This document shows, in pieces, positions 1 through 12,635 of a stretch of 64,000 nucleotides of DNA. How positions within the stretch are numbered: position 1 is the first letter of the stretch; the number at the start of each line of letters is the position of its first letter. The translations under genes and the position numbers were made by a program. Under the pieces are notes generated by a model, which searched no databases, was not told where the DNA came from, and saw nothing but the letters and a program-made list of their open reading frames with translations. This DNA is from Octopus vulgaris (lineage: Eukaryota), in the NCBI GenBank assembly GCA_951406725.2, contig OX597826.1, forward strand, positions 33,108,001 through 33,172,000, read 5' to 3'.

Positions 1-180
1 TTGCCGACGACCCGACCATGCAACAGGTTGTACTGGGTTACATGTTACATTACATACATACATACATGCATGCATGCATGCATGCATACATACATACATA
101 CATACATACATACATACATACATACATACATACATACATACATGCATGTATGCATGCATGCATGCATACATACATACATA

Positions 181-660
181 TATACAACAGGATACTTACC
201 AATCTGTCTGAAGCTAAGTGTGGCTGAACTTGGAACTAGAGGGACAAAGGTATGTACTGCCATAGAGGTCAGCTGCCCTGCAAATACAAATATCTCTTTG
301 AAAATCAAAGAAAAAGTGGAAAGCTATTGACAACTGCTTCGAAGCCTCCAGCTTCTATATCCAGACTATAAAATTAAATTCATACCAATAAAAATTAGAG
401 CACTAGGTTTTGTTAGTAAATGCTTAAAGGAGAATCTGGATAAACTGGAATTTTCAGAAAGAGAAATTAGTTGGTTGATTCATACATTAGAAGGGCAATC
501 TGTGAGTGGAACAGTAAAAATATGCAAGACTTTTCTCAAGTTCCAAATGTGAATTTGTCTGTGTTAACTACATCCCTAAAATGGAGCCTTGTATCTTTTT
601 TGAAAACTGGCTCCCTCCTCAGTGGAAGATTTATAATAATTAGAAAATAGAAGACACGCA
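181..660 (+). mobile_element. 3' fragment of an RLE-type (R4/Dong/NeSL-like) non-LTR retrotransposon between (TACA)n arrays
   Basis: Frame 1 reads KVCTAIEVSCPANTNISLKIKEKVESY*QLLRSLQLLYPDYKIKFIPIKIRALGFVSK...SVSGTVKICKTFLKFQM* (stop 550-552), matching the C-terminal half of the RLE domain (IEVSCP..K..KY..IPIIIGALG). It has one in-frame stop and a short 3'UTR, with (TACA)n at 51-180 and 661-725. Confidence 0.8.
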
Positions 661-698
661 CATACATACATACATACATACATACATACATACATACA

Positions 699-730
<32 letters not shown>

Positions 731-944
731 GACATGGATGTTGTGAGAAAAATACAAGAGAAATAGGATATTTATGGAACAATGATAAAGATTTTTGCAA
801 ATTCAGAAGAAAGACATGCATACATACATAACCAATGCTGAGTTACTGAGAAATCAACAGTTATTTTACCCAGAATACAAGTTTAGGTTCTCAAAACCAA
901 AAAGGAGAAAACTGATTCAAAGACTACACACCCAAGCCATCACT

Positions 945-1270
945 CATCATCATCATTATCATCACCATCATCATCATTTAATGTTTGTTGTCCATGCTGG
1001 CATGGGTTGGATAGTTTGAGTGGGATAACATGCTGGAGGCTGCTCTGGGACTCCAATATGATCTAGCATGGTTTTCTATGGCTGGATGCCCTTGCTAATG
1101 CCAACCACTCCCAGAGTGTAATGGGTGCACACTGGCATGGGTGTCAATTTGTGTGACACTGGTTTCTGTCATGATTGTAATTTTGCTCAGCTTGATGGGT
1201 CTTCTTCTCTTGGTCATTGCATCTGTGAGGCCCAACACTTAAAAGGAACTCAGCCACTTTGCCACTCTGG
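945..1270 (-). mobile_element. (GAT)n-tailed retroposon family (SINE or LINE 3' end)
   Basis: Contains CCATGCTGGCATGGGTTGG...GCTGGATGCCCTT.CTAATGCCAACCACTC next to (CAT)n; the motif recurs more than 10 times in the window. Confidence 0.8.
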
Positions 1271-1994
1271 CCAACTGTAAAAAGTTTTAAAACTTTCCAG
1301 AAGTTTATCAATTAAGTATATATGCACATGTCTAGATATGCAGCTATATGCATGGAAATACATGCATAAAACAAAACATACACAACCGCACATGCCAAAT
1401 ACTGCACATACTGACTCCAAATACTGCACATATACCCACAAACATACACCAATACCCTGTTGATGCTGTTGAAATTCCAATGAAGGAGTCTTAGATCTAG
1501 GTGAGAAACCAGCTCTTTCTCTATTGGCAAGAAATCTTGGAATAGACTGAATGATGGTATAAATATATATGTATGTATATACATACATTAATATGAGGAC
1601 AATAATGATGTCCAGCGGCCTTTAGTTTTGTCAGCTGAAAGAGTGCACAACAGTCTCAACATGCCCAGTTATCAGGCATTAGGTTGTCTTTGGCTGTTCC
1701 TTGTTTATGCTAGAACTCCTGCAATCACTGCATGATTGATACCAGTTTTACTTGTGTGTAGATTATGGCATCAGATGAAAAATGCCCAACAGCTTCCAGT
1801 GAATGAATCTTTCAAGTTCTTCATCATAGAAACTTGGTGAGAAAATGTAAAGATTTAAGATAAATTAATCAATTATTTCTAATTTAGAATAATTTTCCGA
1901 GTTGTTATAATGTGTAAAGTCATTAAATAATTATAACAAGATTGGCTGATAACGATTTAACTAAGATTCAGCTAATGTCACAAATATTTGAACG

Positions 1995-2086
1995 TCATCA
2001 TCATAATCATTATCCCCATTGTCATCATTGTTGTCATCATTGTCATAGTCATCATCATCAACATCATCATCAATGTCATCATCATT

Positions 2087-2121
<35 letters not shown>

Positions 2122-2183
2122 TATCATCATCATCATCAGTATTGTCGTCATCATCAGCACCATCACCATTGTCATCATCATCA
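1995..2183. repeat. Degenerate (CAT)n trinucleotide tract
   Basis: Direct inspection; source of the poly-H/I/M ORFs. Confidence 0.95.
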
Positions 2184-2589
2184 TGGTTTTAAAAATCTAC
2201 TTTTCCATGTTTGCATGAGTCAGATTGTTCTACAGATGGACATCATTCGAGCATCCAAATCTCACTTGTTTCCAAACATGATAATAATTCCTAAGTCTAT
2301 TAAATGACAAAACAGTCCAGATATAGTTAACCTGCAAACTGCCAACGAATAACACCATTTGCATGAGCCTTTTTGCTTACAAAGACTGTGCAAAAAGCCT
2401 GGGCAAATGACACCATTGATAATAAAGCTGTTGTTTGTTTAGAGTCAGCACACACACACACACATAAAGATAAGGATAAATACAATGCAACTGGTTCCTT
2501 CAGTTTCTGCCGATCAGGGTTTCAAAACCAGAAAGGAGAAAACTGATTCAAAGACTACACACCCAAGCCATCACTCATTATCATCAGCA

Positions 2590-2990
2590 GCAGCAGCAGT
2601 AGCATCAGCAGCAGTAGCAGCATTTAACGTCTGTTGTCCATACTGGCATGGGTTGGACAGTTTGACTGGGCTAGCACACTGGAAAGCTGCACTGGGACTC
2701 CAGTCTCATTTGGCATGGTTTTCTATGGCTGGATGCCCTTCCTAATGCCAACCACTCCCAGAGTGTAATGGGTGCATTAGCATGCCACCGGCATGAGTGT
2801 CACTTTGTGTGACACTGGTAACTATCATGACTGTGATTTTGCTCAGCTTGATGGGTCTTTTTCTCTTGGTCATTGCATTGTGAGGCCCAACACTTGAAAG
2901 GAGCTTATCCGTTTTACTCTCATGAGGCCCAATATTCAAAAGAATCTCAGCCACTTTACCTCTGTGAGGTCTAACACTTCAAAAAAGTTT
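2590..2990 (-). mobile_element. (GAT)n-tailed retroposon copy with about three 42-bp subrepeats
   Basis: Same family as 945-1270; GAGGCCCAA..T..AAAG(G/A)A..T units at 2880-2985. Confidence 0.8.
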
Positions 2991-3461
2991 TGCTTTATGA
3001 GACGCAATCATAGGTTAAAGTCAAATTACGATGAATGTAAATAAACAAACGAAATTTGCTTTAAAAGCATTGAAATGTCTATATATATATAAACATATAT
3101 ATATATATATATATATATGTAGGTTAGTAGAGTTAGAGGTTGAAATAACTGTGTAAGGAATAAAAATATCTGTTATACTACCAGTATATTTTCCTATGTT
3201 AATTACTTGTATAATTACCTGGACATACATATGCAAGCATATAATGCTCATAGTTTACAGGTAATGACAAAGATAAACATGAGTTTATCAGGAACCAAAT
3301 TTAAAATAAACAGAAAATGGAGAAATATTGATCAACAATAATTGACTTATATCAATTATTATTTTTTAATAAAAGATAATAAAAATTAAAATAGAAAATA
3401 ATAATTGATATAAGCCAATTGTTGTTGATCAATATTTCTCCATTTTCTGTTTACTTTATAA

Positions 3462-3515
<54 letters not shown>

Positions 3516-3645
3516 GTATGCATGTGAGAGTGATAATACTATTAGAAATACCATCACTAGTGGCAGTGAATACAAGCCATACAGGCAATATAATAATAAT
3601 AATGATAATAATAATATTAATAATAATAATAATAATAATAATATA

Positions 3646-3703
<58 letters not shown>

Positions 3704-3787
3704 CATAGGCGCAGGAGTGGCTGTGTGGTAAGTAGCTTGCTAACCAACCACATGGATTTGGCAGGTGGAAACTGAAAGAATCCTGTC

Positions 3788-3836
<49 letters not shown>

Positions 3837-4357
3837 AAATATAGGTCCAATACAAGGAATACAGGTTTCTCTTATGGAGATGAAGCCCAATTTCACATGG
3901 GTATATGCAAAATTTATTAACATAATACTATGTTATATTATATTCATATAATAATAAATATTAAATACAAATTACAAACAATTGTTTTGATTCTTACTCA
4001 TAATAATATTATAAAAATTCATGTTTGTGGGTAAGAATCTCTTCAGTGTAATGTTTGATATGTGAGGAGTTACAGAGCCAAGAAAAGACTGAATTTAGAT
4101 ATGTTTATGTCTTAAAGCATGAGCCTCAATAATTAAAAACAAAAACATAGATAAAAAATAAAAAATAAAATATGAAAAATAAACTAATATTATAGTCATA
4201 AAATATATTTGTATATTATTAAGAATTTTAATCTAAATATATTTTAGCACATTAGTTTTTTAAAAATACCCAGAACAATATTTTAAAAAGCCATGGCGAA
4301 ATAAGAAATATCTCTTTTATTCTTCTATATCATTAAAAAATACGTGTTGTTATAATT

Positions 4358-4700
4358 GGAGTCGGAGACCCCCTTCAGTCATGAATGACAATGTGATTGT
4401 ACCTAGAAAGTTACCCTCTGAGGCACAAGTCTGGGCAAGGTTGTTTATGGAAGACCAGCAGTCGCCCATGCATACCAGCCTCCTCTCTCCACACTACCGA
4501 TGTTATCCAAGGGAGAGGCAAAGTCTGATACAGCTTGGTACCTGTGACGTTGCAACTCATTTCTACAGCTGAGTGAACTGGAGAAATGTGAAATAAAGTG
4601 TCTTGCTCAAAAACACAACATGTAGTCCGGTTCGGGATTTGAACTCACAACCCTATGGTCATAAGTTTGACAGTCTGACCACTGAGCCATGCACCTTCAC
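4358..4700 (-). mobile_element. tRNA-derived SINE (family D)
   Basis: Minus-strand head has A box TGGCTCAGTGG and B box GAGTTCAAATCC, followed by TTGAGCAAGACACTTTA...CTCCAGTTCACTCAGCTGTAGAAATGAGT. Related copies at about 36327-36510 (+), 61810-62120 (+) and 35570-35650 (-). Confidence 0.8.
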
Positions 4701-5740
4701 CTGTAATTAAAATAAAATAAAATAAAATAACCACCCCACTACCACCCCATTTCCCTTAAAATTTTGAACTTTGTTATTATAATAACAATATGCTATTAAT
4801 CTATGGGTAAATAGCAAAATAATATATTTAAAATACTTTATCATCTCTAGTCAAATAGCAAATAATCTTTTAAATTACAGTGCATTAATTATTTATAATA
4901 ATCCTTACTAAAAATCAAAGATTAGTAATTAAAAATTACGTAGTTCATATACGAAAGAAACTTTCTAAATTTATTATCATAACATAATTATCGTAGACAT
5001 TAGATAAATACTTAATTAACCAGTTATCCAAAAACAAATTTAATCATAAAGATTTCATGAGAGGCTTTTATCAGCTTTATTTGCAGGACATTGGTCAATC
5101 CACAACTACAATATATAATGTTGGCCAAATATATTCATGACAGGGAATTGAACTCCTGACCATTAGGTTCCAAAGCTAACTTTTTAATCAGAAAGTCATC
5201 GATGCACCGATGTCTAAATAAACCAGCATAACCAAAGGTGACACAGAAACGTTATTGCTTCCTCAGTTTTCTTGCAATCTCAGCAATTTCAGAGATTTAC
5301 AGGAATACCATTCATCTCTTGTGAAAATGGTAACAATGACAATTGATATTGTGAAGAATCAGACAATGAAGTTGAATTGCCTTAGAAGATAATAACAATG
5401 TTGCACATTGTCATCGAAACCAGATATGTCAGTTGTACTTTCCTCCATTTAAAAGGTGTGCATGTGTTAATGTGCGCATGCATTTCACAATCAATGCACA
5501 AAAGAACATAATGAATACATCAGTTAATTAAAGTGTGCACAAAAGTGTATTTATTTTATGCATTGTAGTCATCATCATCATCATCATAATCACCATCCTC
5601 CTCCTTTTCCTCTTGCTCTCCCTCACCCTCTTTCCCCTCCTCGTTGTCATCATCATCATTAGCGTTATCCTCAGCTTTGCCTTTGTCTTCCTCTTCCTCT
5701 TCCTCCCATCATCATCATCACCATCAACGTAATTTTCGTC

Positions 5741-5777
<37 letters not shown>

Positions 5778-5779
<2 letters not shown>

Positions 5780-5930
5780 TCGAAAAATACCTTAGGAATG
5801 AGAACCCAGGTTTGAAATTTCCCCAAGACACCTGATGAAGGCTGGAGGGTATATCAGACAAAACATTGTGCTAACAACAAACAAGATGAGGACAAATATC
5901 TGTCAATTGTAAATAATGTAAATAATGTAC
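5778..5930 (+). mobile_element. Short Penelope-LTR-like element with a decayed hammerhead motif
   Basis: GACAC-CTGATGA-A-GGCTG-GAGGGTATAT-CAGAC-AAAAC-ATT-GTGCT at 5827-5872. It follows a (TAA)n array and ends in TGTAAATAA repeats. Confidence 0.55.
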
Positions 5931-5976
5931 ATATATGTATGTTTATCTATCTATCTGTCTGCCTGTCTGTCTATAA

Positions 5977-6484
5977 TTAGGTTGAGGAAAAAGTTAATGT
6001 GCCATGTTAAAATAATGCATTTTTATATATTTTTGTGGTGTGTGTTCATGTCATGTTCAATGGTGACTCACTCAGTACATTGAAAATGTGCTTAGTTTCA
6101 ACAAGACAATGCAAAGCCGCATACCGCCAGAAAGACCAGCAACAAGATTGAAGAATTGGACGTTGTGGAAGTTCTGCCACATCCAGCCTATAGTCTAGAT
6201 GTTGCTCTATCTGACGACGGTCTCTTCCGATCAATGCAGCACTTTATGAAAGGTCACCAATTTGAGTCATTCGATGAAGTTGAAGAGGCATGTCAAGAAT
6301 TTTTTGATTCAAAGCCAAAGGATTGGTACTTTGACTAAATCTGAAAGCTTGCAGATCGTTGGCAGAAGATCATAGAAAATGATGGTCTTTATTTTGAAGA
6401 ATAGTTGTTGTTGTTTTTGAATAAGTTCTTGCATAAAAAAATCATTATTTTTAGCATGGTGCACAAACTCTTTCTTCAACCTAG
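5977..6484 (+). mobile_element. Internally deleted mariner (DD34D) transposon with both TIRs
   Basis: Imperfect ~40-bp TIRs (TTAGGTTGAGGAAAAAGTT... / ...AACTCTTTCTTCAACCTAG, followed by TA). Catalytic C-terminus QDNAKPHTA...EVLPHPAYSLDVALSDDGLFRSMQHF...LADRWQKIIENDGLYFEE* with stops and a frameshift. Confidence 0.92.
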
Positions 6485-7026
6485 TATCTATCAATCTATC
6501 TATCTATCTTTATATATATATATATATACACACACAAACAGGCTATAGTAGAAGACACTTGCCCAAGGTGCCATGCAGTGGGACTGAACCAGGAACCATG
6601 TGGTTGGGAAGCAAGCTACTTACCACACAGCCACTCCTGCACTTACACACCTAAACACACACACACACACACACACAAACAAACACAAACACATAATCTG
6701 CATTTAAGTAACAAGTTGTTGTGTAGAGGATACAAAAAAAAAGGGACACCAACAGATAATCTGCCCCCTTTCAAAGTACATTTATTGAAATTAGCTAGAG
6801 ATTGAACTTGCATCTCCTATTATTTATCATACATAATCCACAAGAGTATTGAATGAGGACTGCGGAAACAATTCAGTGACTTCTGGGACAAAGACTGGAA
6901 GCGAAAATTCAATAAAAATGTTGAGTGTCATTCACCATAAACAAGTGGGCTACATGAATAGTTAATATCATTCTTTCATTTTCGACATGGTTAATTCCTA
7001 GCAGGAACAGGTTTGGTCAAACTCTG

Positions 7027-7066
<40 letters not shown>

Positions 7067-7235
7067 TATGTGTGTGTGAGTGTGAGTGTACTAAAATGAG
7101 TTGATGGTGAACCTGATATCTTATCTGTCTCCAACTATCACAACTTCTGTATTATCCTGCTTCTGTACCATAGAGACACAACTCTTTTTTTTTATCTCTC
7201 TCTCTTTCTCTCTCAGTCTACATGTATACATACTT

Positions 7236-7267
<32 letters not shown>

Positions 7268-7741
7268 ATACACATTTATATACATATATATAGATATATA
7301 CATATATGTGTACATATATACATATATATATATAGATATATACATATATAGATATATATATTTATATATAATATATATATATGTACATATATATATACAC
7401 ACATTCTCTCTCTCCCTCTCTCTCACTCCCTGACACCCTCTTTCTCTATATATATATGTATATGTATATGTATATGTATATAATCTCTCTATATATATGG
7501 ATATGAATGTATAAATTATAATTTATATATATGTAGATATATGTATGTATTTATACATATATACATACACATCTCTCCTTCTCCATATATATATATCTAT
7601 TAGTCTGATAGATAAATAGATAAGGTGATAGATACATATGTAAGTACATATGTATGTATATATATTTCCGTACATGTTACATGCTTACACACACACACAC
7701 ACACACATATGCAGTCACATCAGAATACTCACATACATAGA

Positions 7742-7797
<56 letters not shown>

Positions 7798-8107
7798 TCA
7801 CACACACACACATACATACACGCACACACATGTGATGCTAGTGAGTCATCAGTGGACTTACACATTTGACTCTTGGGACAATACACACAATGGCAATGGA
7901 TGGGCAAGCCTACTTTCGCTGAATATTCAATGGACTGTAAAATAAGTCCCTTGCATGCATGCAACGCCTGGATACTGACAAAATACAATAATATCATAAC
8001 GCACCATCTCTCTCTCCTTCCCCCTGTTTTCCTCTCTCTATCTCTTTTACATACACAATTATATATACATATATATATGTATATATATATGTATATATAT
8101 ATATACA

Positions 8108-8154
<47 letters not shown>

Positions 8155-8177
8155 TTATTTATATATATATATATATT

Positions 8178-8246
<69 letters not shown>

Positions 8247-8621
8247 GTGTATACTTCTATAGATACATATATATCTACACACATATATGTATATATATAT
8301 ATATATATATATAAACTAGGGAAAAGCTCCATGAATTATGGATAGGTTAGCCACACTAACTTCTTAATGCTAAAAAATAAACCTCCTACATGGTAAATAT
8401 AAGTGAAACCAACGAGGTTTATTAATGTTTATTAATATTCATTAGATATTACTCTAGCATTGTGTGCGTAATATTAACTTATGAGTTTGCCAAAAAACAC
8501 ATCTAAATAAATAAAATAAAAGAAAAAAAAAGAAAAAGAAAATAAAGTAAGAAAGAAGAAATATCGTATTAATTGGAAAATAAGTTGTAGAAATTATTGT
8601 TATTATTATTATTGTTCTTGC

Positions 8622-8658
<37 letters not shown>

Positions 8659-10337
8659 ATTATTGTTGTCGTTGTTGCTATTGTTGTTGTTGTTGTTGTT
8701 GTTGATGATGGTGATGATGATGTTATTGAGTGATAATGCCCTTGGGGAAACTACATGAAAATTATGTAGTTTAAGTTACTGATCTGTTCTGGAAGACTTT
8801 TGGATTTGGGATCTCCCACCCACTCACTACCTATGAGTAACTTCCACAAATCTATGGCTGAGCAGCGTTACCAAAGAGCATCAAAAGTTTAAGATTCTAA
8901 AGGTGTAACAGATAAACTATTTCTGATGCATACAGCAACAAAACTATATTGCATCTATCCATGAAGTGTCTGAACATGGTTGACTCGGAAAGTCATGTTG
9001 AACACGATTTGCTGCATGAAGAATAGATCTGGTTATAGGTCGAAGCCATTATGAAGGTTTTCCTAATGCCCTCCTTTAATAAGTTTGGAAACATAGTTTT
9101 ACTTTATCTGCTGCATATATAGTAAGAAGGTGTGTGATGGACAGGGCTGAAAGAATTGTGGGTTGACACCTCTTTGGTCAGCCCCTCATTGACCATTTAA
9201 GTTCCACTTGGAAAGAAAAGTGAGGGTGATGTGAGGAAAATTCTTTCTCAGAGAATTTGTCAAAATGAGGACGATTATGGCAAAAACAGAGTGAATGGAA
9301 CTACTCTAAGTATTAATCTGCAGATTGGAGAACAAAAGTTGGGTGAGGGCAATCCTAGATCTGTGGGGTTCCTTGATTGACACTATTGGGAAACTTTTGT
9401 GTAAAAGGAAGACTACATACTCCATGTGATATCTGATAGTTCCAACTTCTTGTGTCAGGTTATAATATTCTTTGAGATGGTTCCAAATGTTCTAATCCCG
9501 ATAGCTACCATGCTCATTCTTCAATCTCTATGAATACACTTCATTCAATATGACAGTTCTTGATGCCTTTTAAATTTCTAATAACTGATCAGCAGGTTCC
9601 TCTAGTGGGCTTCTATCACACCTTACCAGCAAATACTAGGTTGGTGCTTGATGCAGAATACGCCATGTCAATGAGGAGAGAGGGGATCCTCTCAGGTTTC
9701 TTGGACAAATTCTCTAGGAGTTAGGACTTTTCACGTAAAACTTTTATTTCATTCTTACTCATTTGTCCTTAATCTGATCTCTCTTGTATCTCCAGTTCTT
9801 GCGAGGGTAATTACTAGAGCGAGGTAACCAGCTCAAATGAAGACAGACAGGACTCTCAGAATCCTGAGTGGTACCTTGTTTAGTGATGATGGCATGAAAA
9901 AATTATTGGTTGGTAAAACCTTAAAGCATATACCACGTTCACAGTTCCATCTGATCTGTGCAGACAGGGAAACGCGAACATTAAAATGAAGATGATGATG
10001 ATGACGACGACAAGAGAATGACAATGGATACAACGAAGGTGATGATGATGATGATGATGGTGGTGGAGGAGGTGACGAAGATGACGATGATGATGATAAT
10101 ATATTGAATGGAAGTAGAATGTAGAAACATATATGCACTATAATTTTAAGTTTATATGCATATTCTCTGATGTATTATTATTCTATTTATGAACTGTTAA
10201 ACTTCATCACATGCACACCACACACTAATATGTATATATATGTATACATATCTATCTATCTGTCTATATATATATTTATATATACATACATAAAATTTAT
10301 TACATATATATATACACACATACATATATATATATAA

Positions 10338-10390
<53 letters not shown>

Positions 10391-10391
10391 T

Positions 10392-10444
<53 letters not shown>

Positions 10445-10754
10445 CAGATATACGTAGATGTATATGAAAAAATATCAATTATATGGAATGAGAAAAAATA
10501 ACCATGTATTAACTTTTGCACTGTAGAATGTTCTTCCCTGCTAAATCCATTACTCGTTCCCCACCCCCAAATACCCAAGAACTCATTTCGGTTCCATTTC
10601 ATATGAGTCATGCAAAATAACCCCAATGTTTTCATAAATTCCAATTTCTACTTATTGCTCTTAACAGATATAGATCTGTCTCTCAATGATCAAAGAACTA
10701 AACCTGGAAATGGCTACATCTGGTGCTTGGTTGTTTGGTTGTGAACTTTATTAT

Positions 10755-11460
10755 GTGTGTGTGTGTGTGGAATGTGCTAATGTGCATGTGTGTGGTTAGC
10801 AGAGTGCATGGGTGCATGTAATATGCATGTGTCTGTGAGCAGTGTGCATGAGCATATGTAATGTGAATGTGCATTCATGGGTGCATATAAGGGCATGTAT
10901 GCCAGAGCTGTGTATGTGTGTAAGTAAAATGAACATGTGTGGCTAATGTGCATGTGTGTGTGTGTGTGCATCATGTACATCTATGTAAGTAACGAGTATG
11001 TACATGTTTAATATGCATGTGTGCATGCAGTATGTATGTGTATGAGCAGCCTGTGTGTGTAAGTAGTGTGTATAACTATGCATTGTGCATCTGTATATGC
11101 AGTGTGATGCACAGAAGAAATGTGCATACATGCAAAAGGATGTGCATGTGTATGTGAGTAATGTACATGTGTGCAAGTAGCTTGTATGTGTATCAAGTGG
11201 TGCACATGTGTAGGTTGTGGTCATGCATGCATGCAAATAATGCAAATGCATGTGAATAGTATGCATGTGTATTTAGCAATGTGCATGCAAGCAAATAACG
11301 TGCATATGTGTAATGTACATGGACATTAGTAGCCAGCCTGTATCCAACTAATATGATGTGTGTGTGTGTGTGTGTAAGTTACATGCATTCATGTGTGTGT
11401 CGTGTGCATTTGTGTGCATTGGTGCTATGTGGTTTGTGAATGCATAAATGTATATATATG
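10755..11460. repeat. Degenerate (GT)/(GCAT) low-complexity tract
   Basis: Alternating purine-pyrimidine sequence rich in TGCATG and TGTG. Confidence 0.85.
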
Positions 11461-12114
11461 ACTGTATATTTGACCAATTCTGATGTGCAATAGTATTCTT
11501 CTGGAAGCAAATCCTCTGCATTTTTGTAGAATCTCATTCAGCTTCAATGCTGAGTAGTTAGCTGTTAAAACAACTTGATGCCTACTCAGGAAATTAGTGT
11601 GTAAGTGGCTGAGTATTCTTCAGACATGTGTAGTATTTATATAATCATCAGGGTCAAATCAGTATGACAGTATGTCTCAAAGCTTGACCATGCAATTACA
11701 AGCATAACCCAGAGAAAGTGAGTAGAGGAAAGAGTGAAAAAAAAGAGGGAGGAAGAAAGAGAGAGAAAGAGTGAAAGAGAGAGAAATAGGTAAAGAGAGA
11801 AAGAAAAAGAGAAGGAGATGGAGAAGGAAAGAAAGAGGATAAGAATGAGAAAGAAGGAAAGAAGAGACAGAAAGATAGAAGAAGAATTGGTTTGAAACTG
11901 GACTCACAGATTATTTATCAAACATTAAATGTTTAAAGGTAAATTTGATTTTAACTGGATTTGAACTTCTGAATGCAGAGAATCGAGAAAAGTATTGTAA
12001 TTTATTTTATCCAATGCTCTTACATATCTGCTAATTCATTGTATTATTCATCATTTCAATATTAACAGGAAAGAAGATTAAATCACATACATATGACTGT
12101 GAATATGTGTATAT

Positions 12115-12176
<62 letters not shown>

Positions 12177-12257
12177 AATTATTTGAGGGAATATTATTCC
12201 AAACTTACAGGGAAAAATTCAATTTAGAAATACTAAATCAAATTTCACAAAATGTAA

Positions 12258-12594
12258 TATATATATATAATTTAGAAAAACCACCTTTTATCAATTCAAA
12301 ATGAGCAATTAAATTACACCATCTACAAAATTACATATAATAGAAATATTAAAAATAAAAGAACAATAATATACCGATGATTAAGTAAATTGTAAAAAAA
12401 TAATAAAATAATAAAAACGTATATATTTTGGTATATACCAAAATATATACGTTTTTAAAAATTTTCTTTGCAATTTACTTAATCATCGCTATATTATTGC
12501 TCTTTTATTTTTTAATATTTCTTTTATATGTAATTTTCTAGATGGTGTAATTTAATTGTTCACTTTGAATTGATAAAAGGTGGTTTTTTTTCTA

Positions 12595-12610
<16 letters not shown>
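12258..12610. repeat. AT-rich palindrome with ~175-bp arms and no spacer
   Basis: The centre AAAAACGTATATATTTTGGTAT|ATACCAAAATATATACGTTTTT is a perfect palindrome about 12434/12435. The outer arms (AGAAAAACCACCTTTTATCAATTCAAA... / ...TTTGAATTGATAAAAGGTGGTTTTT) pair with scattered mismatches. Confidence 0.92.

Positions 12611-12635
<25 letters not shown>

Noticed and set aside
1762-1836. Possible 75-bp exon (AG...GTGAGA, one open frame LWHQMKNAQQLPVNESFKFFIIET)
   Set aside because: No recognisable homology or partner exons, and such matches are expected by chance in 64 kb.
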